From: an uncultured bacterium | Lineage (GTDB): Bacteria; CSSED10-310; CAZUFC01 | Direction of reading: 5' to 3' | Assembly: GCA_964619725.1 (NCBI GenBank) | Contig: CAZUFC010000003.1 | Location: 78,423 to 142,422 of the forward strand | DNA length: 64,000 nucleotides | In this document: positions 56,599-64,000 of the stretch, piece after piece | How positions within the stretch are numbered: the first letter of the stretch is position 1 | How the letters are laid out: each line of letters opens with the position of its first letter | Notes under the pieces: model-generated | Told to the model about the DNA's origin: nothing | The model's database searches: none | Seen by the model: only the letters and a program-made list of their open reading frames with translations | Made by a program: the position numbers and the translations under genes

Positions 56599-58995
56599 CT
56601 ATTGGGTGAATAATTTTTTCGGAAAGCCCTCTTTTTTCCAGTTCGATTCGTCCAGAAGGCGGACAAGATGTAAAATGGATATTCCCCGGGAATAATAAGT
56701 CAATATTAGATTATTGGGGCTGTCGCAAAATCCTCCGAAATCCGACACTCGGCCCGATCTGCTGTTAAGGAAAAACTGCAGATCGAAATATTTCTTCAAA
56801 TTGCCCTCATAGTCCAGATTCGCCTTTAAATAAACTCCGATCATATCACGCCAGATATTCTGACTGACCCAGACCTTATCGGAATTGTTGCGGTGCGAGC
56901 ATCCGAACATGGTCATAGTCTTTTCGTAAGCCCTCTCCATATCTGATTTCAGTATTTCCATATTGAAAGGAGGCGCTGCGCCATATTTCAACAAGTAAAA
57001 AACGCCGTTGGGATTATGAATGCAGAAGCCGTTGCGGGAAACCCAGGGTCTCATTTCATTGGAATGGATTCGCATCATAAAAAAGATAAAAGGACTTCTG
57101 GAGCTGGGCACAATGATCGGGTCGGCTGATGCCGTGGTTTTCACATTCAGATATACCGGAAGTCTATTATTAAACGCGGAATTGTGAACGGTTCGCCTGA
57201 TTTTGACGATAAAATTCTGTATCTCTGTTCTGTCCGCAGTCCTGTCGACTTTTTTAAGAATATTCAGATAGGCCGTTAAGGCGCTGGCAGTTTTAATGCC
57301 CAGATAAATTTGATCCGGGGCCTGGTAAACCGACCAGTGAGCATCGTCGAATGTGGTGTTGGTCTGAATGTCAGGGAGGCCGTTTCCGTTACGGTCCGCA
57401 TTCATTAAAAATTCCGTTATTTCCTTTAATACCGGCAGGTGTTTTTCTGCGACGCTTCGGTCTCCCGTTTCCTCCATATAGGCGAATTCAAGCAACAGCA
57501 GGTTGCAGCTCTCTTCCACTTCCATTTCCAGCCTGTATCCGGCGCCGGCGCCGACTATCGGTTCAGGACCCAGGTCGTGCGGCGGATAACCCTCGCTGAC
57601 GCCCGCTATCCAGAACGGTAATTGCTTCTTCAAAAGCTCCGGCCAGTATTCGAGATAAAAAACAGCGTTGTTGTACTCCACGTCCAGCGTCGAAAGATAA
57701 GATGGATATCCCTCTCGCACAAAATAAAAATCACGGCCGTCATCCGTCTCTACCCACCGGGTATTCAGGAAAAAACTCTGTATCGCCATGCCCATAAGTT
57801 CTTTTAATTCGGGAATATCCAGGTTTCCTGGTTTGAGGTTTTCGGAGAATTGACCGCTTTTTGCCCGAATTTCTTTTTGTTCTCTAAAAGCATAATCGAT
57901 TATCTCGACTGTACTTTTGAAAAAATTGGTATAACGCCATTTGCATTTTTTGCCGTAAACCCAGAGGACGTCGGCATCTATGAAACTCGCAGAAGCGACT
58001 GTCTTCTTTTTGACAGGATTATCTTCATCCAGGCGAAATTCCCAGACCAGAGAATTGTCCGCCGCTCGCCATCCGTCAGCAACTCTGCATGCCGTAAGCC
58101 ATTCGATGTTCCAACCGTCGGAAAGATAGCCTTCCATGGCTCTCTTCGTTTCGCTGTTTGCCTGGTAAACGGTACTGACTGAATAACCCACATAATCCTC
58201 ATTTCCATACGGAGATATTTTGCCGTTTTTTACCGGAGATATCCCTATCTTCAGAACGCCTTCCGCCGGCTCCCTCTGTTTCGAGGAAAGTTCTATATCC
58301 AGGTAAAAAAACGGCGCTGTCGACAGCTTTTCTTCTCCGGGAGAAAAAGGAGCGGTGATGGTGAGTTCCATATCGAAGGGCATGCCGGGGTCTTTGCATA
58401 GGTAATTTAAGGATAGCCCTTCCTGTGTTTGAGTAATTTCCGAAAAATAAGGTCCTGCGGGTGAGAATGGAAGATTCAGTTTCTTGTCGTTTGACTCAAC
58501 CGTAAATTGCAAGGACATATCAGAGGGGTTATAAATGCCCATGGCGGATTGATGCCAGGCTCTCTGATGCGGCCGGGGATTTATTACTACCGGAGAACCG
58601 AATTTTGATGCCAGCGCCTCGTAAAGACCGGGAAATTTTTTCCGTTCGGCCTCCTTCAAATTCTGTCTCAGTTTTCTCTCTTCACCCTGGAAATTTTCGA
58701 TCAGCTTCTCTTTGGAAAGAACGAGCCCAAGGCGATAAGAAAGTTCCATGGCCTTCTGCACGTCATAACCCTCCATGTCCCGTTTAATTATTTCAATGTC
58801 CAGGGCTTCAAGTTTATCGTGCTGATCGGCTAACTCATAAGCATGGCGTTTCGATTCCGATGATTTTGCCGCCATATCGAGTTTGTAGCTCTGTTTGACG
58901 GTTATCGCCGGCAGGATTTCGCAAAGAACGAGGAAAGCGAAAATCGTGATCAGGAAAAATGAAAGACTGATTGTTTTTCGGGTCTCAGGATGCAT
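56599..58995 (-). CDS. GtaA/DUF4965-like alpha/alpha-barrel glycoside hydrolase-like protein with N-terminal anchor
   Basis: STLDVEY, PHDLG, MEVEESCNLLL, TTFDD, YLGIK, WVSQNIWRD. Confidence 0.7.
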   Translation of the reverse strand: MHPETRKTISLSFFLITIFAFLVLCEILPAITVKQSYKLDMAAKSSESKRHAYELADQHDKLEALDIEIIKRDMEGYDVQKAMELSYRLGLVLSKEKLIENFQGEERKLRQNLKEAERKKFPGLYEALASKFGSPVVINPRPHQRAWHQSAMGIYNPSDMSLQFTVESNDKKLNLPFSPAGPYFSEITQTQEGLSLNYLCKDPGMPFDMELTITAPFSPGEEKLSTAPFFYLDIELSSKQREPAEGVLKIGISPVKNGKISPYGNEDYVGYSVSTVYQANSETKRAMEGYLSDGWNIEWLTACRVADGWRAADNSLVWEFRLDEDNPVKKKTVASASFIDADVLWVYGKKCKWRYTNFFKSTVEIIDYAFREQKEIRAKSGQFSENLKPGNLDIPELKELMGMAIQSFFLNTRWVETDDGRDFYFVREGYPSYLSTLDVEYNNAVFYLEYWPELLKKQLPFWIAGVSEGYPPHDLGPEPIVGAGAGYRLEMEVEESCNLLLLEFAYMEETGDRSVAEKHLPVLKEITEFLMNADRNGNGLPDIQTNTTFDDAHWSVYQAPDQIYLGIKTASALTAYLNILKKVDRTADRTEIQNFIVKIRRTVHNSAFNNRLPVYLNVKTTASADPIIVPSSRSPFIFFMMRIHSNEMRPWVSRNGFCIHNPNGVFYLLKYGAAPPFNMEILKSDMERAYEKTMTMFGCSHRNNSDKVWVSQNIWRDMIGVYLKANLDYEGNLKKYFDLQFFLNSRSGRVSDFGGFCDSPNNLILTYYSRGISILHLVRLLDESNWKKEGFPKKLFTQ

Positions 58996-59117
58996 ACCAA
59001 AGTTCTCCTGTGCTCTTCGATAAAGCGGATGATGTAAAAAACGTTTTGACTTTACTTCTGTGAATCTGAGTTTTCATTGCATTTGGTTTTCTGCCGCCTG
59101 GTTTTTGCATGGGATTC

Positions 59118-59852
59118 TCAGGAGTGATCTGATTTTCTCATAATCAGGACCTGGGAAGTTCTTTCGTACTCTTTCCCATACTTATTACTTTTAAAAAAAC
59201 ATCTTTGTTCCGATAATAATTCATAGCAGTCATGAAATAAGTCGATGATCTCACTTCTTTCATAGAGCCTGAAATACAATTTGTTATGGGGATCATAGGC
59301 CAAATGCTTTTCCCTGCCGGTCGAGGCGATAATGAATTCCCTGTAGTAACCGTCTTCAGGGAGGTAGAATTCGGCGGCGAAAAGAGCGCCGGGTTTGAGT
59401 ATGCGGTTCAGTTGGAACTTGAAATGTATCATCTGTTGTTCACTTATGAAGCTTTCGAATATCGTAATTGCGAAAGCGGCATCAAAGGAAGAATCAGCGA
59501 ACGGCCATGTTTCCTCCAGATTTTGTTCGACCGTTTTTATTCGATGAGCCAAGGACAGATTTCGAGCCGTCTTTTTGAATTCATTTAACGCAGAAGGCAC
59601 GAAGTCAATTCCTGTGACCGCATGTCCTTGTTTGGCCAGATGCAGACCGATTCGTCCTTTTCCGCATCCTATGTCCAGTATATCGAGTGGTTTGAAACCC
59701 TTGTTCATTTTTTCCGACATCTTTGAAAACAAAACTGCGGCCAGGGGAATTTCATCGCTGTATTCCATGCTGATTCCCATGAGTTCGTCATACTCGCGAA
59801 CCCATTCCGGGTGAGAAGTCCGGTAAAGATTTTCTGGATTTTCAGTTTGCAT
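59118..59852 (-). CDS. Class I SAM-dependent methyltransferase
   Basis: ILDIGCGKGR, VTGID, PFADSSFD, RILKPGA. Confidence 0.9.
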   Translation of the reverse strand: MQTENPENLYRTSHPEWVREYDELMGISMEYSDEIPLAAVLFSKMSEKMNKGFKPLDILDIGCGKGRIGLHLAKQGHAVTGIDFVPSALNEFKKTARNLSLAHRIKTVEQNLEETWPFADSSFDAAFAITIFESFISEQQMIHFKFQLNRILKPGALFAAEFYLPEDGYYREFIIASTGREKHLAYDPHNKLYFRLYERSEIIDLFHDCYELLSEQRCFFKSNKYGKEYERTSQVLIMRKSDHS

Positions 59853-59926
59853 CAGTGTACTTCATGCGGCGAAGGAGGAAACCCGCTCAGTTTAATTCGG
59901 AACGCTTTTCGATGAATTTCGGCTGC

Positions 59927-61420
59927 TCAATCTTCATACCTCGCCAGCATCTCTTTTACGGCCGAAACCAGGTTGCTCCTTTCAACCGTTATCTGGGCCG
60001 GCTGCTCTTCCAGCCATGTCGAACGGTCTTTGATCTTTTTCGACAGCATGCGTCCTTTCTTCAGGTCTTTGATTGCGGCCGTTTTCTGTAGACGTTCATC
60101 TTCCCCTACAATTATGACGACGGTTTTTTCAACTTTATCGGCATATTTCAATTGGGCGCGAAATCCTCGGTTACCGGCGTACAATTCAGTGTTGATTCCC
60201 GCATTACGCAGCTCCGTCGCCATAGCGTTATATTCCGCTATCTTATCTTTATCCATGACGGTTACCAGCACGGGGGCCGGCGTTTGTTCCGTTTTAATCT
60301 TTCCTCCTGCTTTCAATGCAGCAGTCAGCCGGTCTATCCCTATCGAAGCGCCGGTGGCCGGCACATTTTCACCCGTAAACCGCTTCACCAGGTCGTCGTA
60401 CCTTCCGCCGCCGAATACGCTCCCGAATCGACGCCGTTCGCCCTTCTCGTCCGTTATCTCAATGGTCAGCTCCGCTTCGAATACCGGACCCGTGTAATAA
60501 CCTAAACCCCTCACCACGGTAGGATCGAATATCACTCTGTCCTCGGCATATCCTGATGCCGCCAGTATCTCGTCTATTTCACGCAACTCTTCAACACCCT
60601 CGATTCCTATCTGTGAATCTTTCATCATCTTTTCCAGGGAATTGCACAGTTCGCTGCGATTCTCAGAGATGAGATCAAGATATTCATCAATGACCCTTAT
60701 TTTTTCGTCATCCAGGTTCGCTCCCCGCGTAAAATCCCCCGATTCGTCCAAGCGGCCTTTACCGAGAAGCTCGCGAATTCCGTCTCGCCCTATGCGGTCC
60801 AGTTTGTCGATGGAACGGAGCACGTTCATGGCCTCAACTGGAGGTTCTCCCGTTCCCGTCTGCTTCACAATGCCCGCTGTTTCCAGTACTCCGTTTAATA
60901 TCTTCCGGTTGTTTATGCGAACGATATAATCGTTACGCTCTATGCCCACCGCCTCAAGACAGTCTGCCGCTATGCTGCAAGCCTCCGCATCAGCTATCAT
61001 TCCGGGAACTCCCACACTGTCGAAATCAACCTGGTAAAACTCACGGAACCTGCCCGGTCCCGGCTTCTCCTTTCTCCATACAGGACCGATCTGATACCGA
61101 CGAAAAGGCCGGGGCAACTCATTATATAAAGCCACGACGCGCGACAACGGCGCCGTCAGATCATATCGCAACGCCACCCATTCTTCCTCCTCCCGAAATG
61201 CGAAAATTCCTCCTTCAGGCGTCTCGCTTTCCGGGAGATACTTACCCAATACATCCACATACTCCAGCGCCGGCGTCTCCAGGGGAGAAAAACCATACCG
61301 CTCGTAAACCTCTATTATACGGTCGATCATCCTCCGGCGGGGCGTCAGATCGTCCGGAAATATGTCCCGAAATCCCTTCAAAACCTTCGGCGTGATCAAC
61401 TCTATCTCTGAAGCGCTCAT
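59927..61420 (-). CDS. hisS: Histidine--tRNA ligase
   Basis: KGFRD, LRYDLT, GRFREFYQVD, RGLGYYTG, GGGRYD; GGAG RBS before the ATG at 61420. Confidence 0.97.
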   Translation of the reverse strand: MSASEIELITPKVLKGFRDIFPDDLTPRRRMIDRIIEVYERYGFSPLETPALEYVDVLGKYLPESETPEGGIFAFREEEEWVALRYDLTAPLSRVVALYNELPRPFRRYQIGPVWRKEKPGPGRFREFYQVDFDSVGVPGMIADAEACSIAADCLEAVGIERNDYIVRINNRKILNGVLETAGIVKQTGTGEPPVEAMNVLRSIDKLDRIGRDGIRELLGKGRLDESGDFTRGANLDDEKIRVIDEYLDLISENRSELCNSLEKMMKDSQIGIEGVEELREIDEILAASGYAEDRVIFDPTVVRGLGYYTGPVFEAELTIEITDEKGERRRFGSVFGGGRYDDLVKRFTGENVPATGASIGIDRLTAALKAGGKIKTEQTPAPVLVTVMDKDKIAEYNAMATELRNAGINTELYAGNRGFRAQLKYADKVEKTVVIIVGEDERLQKTAAIKDLKKGRMLSKKIKDRSTWLEEQPAQITVERSNLVSAVKEMLARYED

Positions 61421-61829
61421 TGAATTCTCCTTAAAAATTGTAAAATGAATTTTGCACCCGGAAAGCAAAGTCTATCGTTTAATGAGAGGGATGAAAACGA
61501 TGAAACAGCCCATCCTCAATATAATCAAGCAAGCCTTGACCGAAATATCCGGTCAGCGTCCCAGGCCGCAGGCGGACATACGAAAATAATATCATCATTC
61601 TCAAACTCCTCTTTAAAACGAAAACCGGCGATCTTTCACGACGGCGGTCATCTCTGCCTTGTACAATAAATTTCTCGGTAAAGTCAACCGACCCCAAACA
61701 TGTTCATGTTTTCGTCAATTTTCCATGTACTTCTTGCAGTCATCCATATGGAACATCCTGACGAGATCAACAACGGCATGAAAATTGCTCATCTACAGAC
61801 GACAACTTTTTCGTGAAGGAGATGATGAA

Positions 61830-63395
61830 ATGTTCGCTAAAGTTATCAGCAGCGCGGTCATAGGCATAGAAGCACACCTGGTGGAAGTCGAAGTTGACGT
61901 CGGGAGAGCCGGCAAGCCCCGTTACGCCACCGTAGGTCTGCCGGATACCGCAGTCAAGGAAAGCTCGGAAAGAATAATCTCCGCATTATTTCATTGCGCT
62001 TACTTGCGTGCTTTTCCAAACGTCACTGTAAATTTGGCTCCGGCAGACATTAAAAAAGAGGGTTCGGCCTATGATCTGCCCATCGCCGTCGGAATCGTCA
62101 AAAATCGCCTGGGACTTAACATGGAAAAATTGAAAGATTACGTGATAATGGGCGAACTCTCCCTGGACGGATATGTCAGAAAAATCAAGGGCGCTTTGCC
62201 AATTGCATTGAAAACCAGAGATCAGAACATCAAAGGTCTCATACTGCCGAAAGAGAACGCCAGGGAAGCTTCAGTCGTGGACGGAATAGATGTATACGGC
62301 GTTACCTGTCTGCCCGAAGCGATAGAATTTCTGACCGGTGAAATTGATCTTGAACCCGTCAAGCGCAACATCGAAAACCTCTTCTTGTCGGAACCGGATG
62401 ATGACATCGACTTCAGCGACGTCAGAGGACAGGAACACGTCAAGCGAGCTTTTGAAATTGCCGCCGCCGGCTCTCACAACATCCTTATGATCGGGCCGCC
62501 GGGTTCCGGTAAAACAATGCTCGCCAAAAGATTTCCCACTATCCTCCCTGAAATGACCCTCGAAGAATCACTCGAAACCACCAAAATCCACAGCGTGGTC
62601 GGCCTGCTTCCCCAAAATGAAGGCCTGGTCACCAGAAGACCCTTTCGGGCCCCTCATCACACCATATCATACGCAGGACTCATCGGCGGCGGTTCCTACC
62701 CCCAACCCGGAGAAGTCAGCCTGGCACACAACGGCGTCCTTTTTCTCGATGAACTCCCCGAATTCAAACGTCATGTGCTGGAAGTCCTCAGACAACCCCT
62801 GGAAGACGGCAAAGTCACCATATCCAGAGCCCAGATGACGTTGACTTACCCCGCTAGACTGATGATGGCTTCCGCCATGAATCCATGCCCCTGCGGTTAC
62901 CTGGGACAGAAAGAACGGCAATGCCAGTGCTCATCGCTGCAGATTCTGAACTACCGCTCAAAAATCTCAGGGCCGCTCCTCGACAGAATAGACCTCCACA
63001 TTGAAGTCTCAGCCCTGAACTGGCACGAAATGCAGAATAAAACCCCCGGTGAAAACTCCTCTGTCATACGCGAAAGAGTCAATCAAGCCAGAAGAATACA
63101 GTTGAAAAGATTCCAGGGTACCAAGATTTTCTGCAACACACAGATGTCCTCAAAACAACTGGCAAAATATTGTAAAGTTGACCAGGACGGACTGAGAATA
63201 CTTGAAAGAGCCGTCAACCAAATGGGTTACTCGGCCAGAGCCTACGACAGAGTCCTTAAACTGGCCAGAACAATTGCCGATCTGGAAAAATCAAGAGATA
63301 TTAAAGCCGAACACATATCAGAAGCCATCCAATACAGAACCCTGGACAGAGCTCCTCTGGAACAGGACGACCCATACCTCGCCTGTCCGATATAG
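61830..63395 (+). CDS. comM: YifB/ComM family Mg-chelatase-like AAA+ ATPase
   Basis: VGLPDTAVKES, GPPGSGKTM, PFRAPHH, GEVSLAHNGVLFLDELPEF, MNPCPCG, SARAYDR; GAAGGAG RBS. Confidence 0.93.
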   Translation: MFAKVISSAVIGIEAHLVEVEVDVGRAGKPRYATVGLPDTAVKESSERIISALFHCAYLRAFPNVTVNLAPADIKKEGSAYDLPIAVGIVKNRLGLNMEKLKDYVIMGELSLDGYVRKIKGALPIALKTRDQNIKGLILPKENAREASVVDGIDVYGVTCLPEAIEFLTGEIDLEPVKRNIENLFLSEPDDDIDFSDVRGQEHVKRAFEIAAAGSHNILMIGPPGSGKTMLAKRFPTILPEMTLEESLETTKIHSVVGLLPQNEGLVTRRPFRAPHHTISYAGLIGGGSYPQPGEVSLAHNGVLFLDELPEFKRHVLEVLRQPLEDGKVTISRAQMTLTYPARLMMASAMNPCPCGYLGQKERQCQCSSLQILNYRSKISGPLLDRIDLHIEVSALNWHEMQNKTPGENSSVIRERVNQARRIQLKRFQGTKIFCNTQMSSKQLAKYCKVDQDGLRILERAVNQMGYSARAYDRVLKLARTIADLEKSRDIKAEHISEAIQYRTLDRAPLEQDDPYLACPI

Positions 63396-63880
63396 AGCAG
63401 CCCCAACGTTGCGGATTATCATCAATTTCGCTGGTGATTGGAACAAAGGCTTTTCATTTCTGTTAAATACCCTTTCAGGATTTTTATATTTATCCCGCCT
63501 GGCCGGGGTTGCTCCACCTTCGCTCGATTAAACCACGCCTTCGATGGCCGATAACTTCAGGATCGACGCATATGATCAAGAGTTGTTAACAATGAGTTCT
63601 GCGGAATGCTTCCGGCGTCTATATCGTCATTTCTGGTCTATTTAAATATCCAGCCTGATTAGCAGTTTTTCATTACTTGACGGTTTAAAGTGCGCACGCA
63701 GATTGGAAGCCTGCGCTCCCAGTAAATCGCCAGGCTTTCATTGAATTGCCGGTTTTAGGTTATTCCATGCATTCTGTCGTCCTCGCCGTATCCTTTAGAA
63801 GCATTTTTTTTTCATTACATTTTTTGGGATTGATCAAGCCGGGATTACAATTCTTTCAAAACTTTTGACAATTTGTGTCT

Positions 63881-64000
63881 GTATCGCAATCGGTATCAGG
63901 GGCGGGTCGATATCGCAATCGGTTCCGGGGTCGGGATTGGTGTCAGGGTCGGTATCGCAATCGGTATCGGCATCGGTATCGCAATCGTGATCGAAATCGA
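63881..64000. repeat. Degenerate hexamer (ATCGNN) array running off the window end
   Basis: TATCGCAATCG occurs four times amid ATCGGT/GTCGGT units; one minus-strand frame reads DFDHDCDTDADTDCDTDPD. Confidence 0.8.

Noticed and set aside
61537-61555. Palindrome TGACCG-N7-CGGTCA between hisS and comM as an operator or leader RNA
   Set aside because: Single short palindrome, no T-box or other RNA motif, and no cognate regulator nearby.
63697-63722. REP-like hairpin CGCAGATTGGAAGCCTGCGCTCCCAG
   Set aside because: Single imperfect copy and no RAYT gene in the window.

Overview
This is a gene-dense, mid-GC chromosomal segment from a diderm bacterium (gmhA, rfaE domain II, SurA-type chaperones, an outer-membrane barrel). 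The pilB-pilT-pilC-pilS-pilR, DUF507/DUF4416 and mfd-surA clusters resemble deltaproteobacteria or Acidobacteria, but I cannot assign a taxon. Housekeeping genes include clpX, mfd, holA, holB, hisS, comM/yifB and a Nif3-like gene, plus several envelope glycosylation genes. I found no rRNA, tRNA, CRISPR array, prophage or transposase. Four observations stand out. (1) At 21040-27904, a 1769-aa Ser/Thr kinase-STAND NTPase-TPR-GAF-sigma54 activator sits directly upstream of a sigma54 promoter with IHF-like and enhancer-like sites. The promoter faces an 85-aa secreted acidic peptide and a degenerate, HTH-less activator paralog, which suggests a peptide signalling or feedback circuit. (2) At 2460-5157, two adjacent exported proteins each end in one TolC-like (OEP) half-repeat, fused to a ComEA DNA-binding domain and to a beta-propeller respectively; together they could form a split or heteromeric channel. 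(3) A 200-bp MITE family has clear 6-bp target duplications, including a stacked double insertion. (4) The coding strand appears to shift from G-rich at 5' ends to C-rich at 3' ends. All family calls come from motif recognition by eye; no database searches were run.
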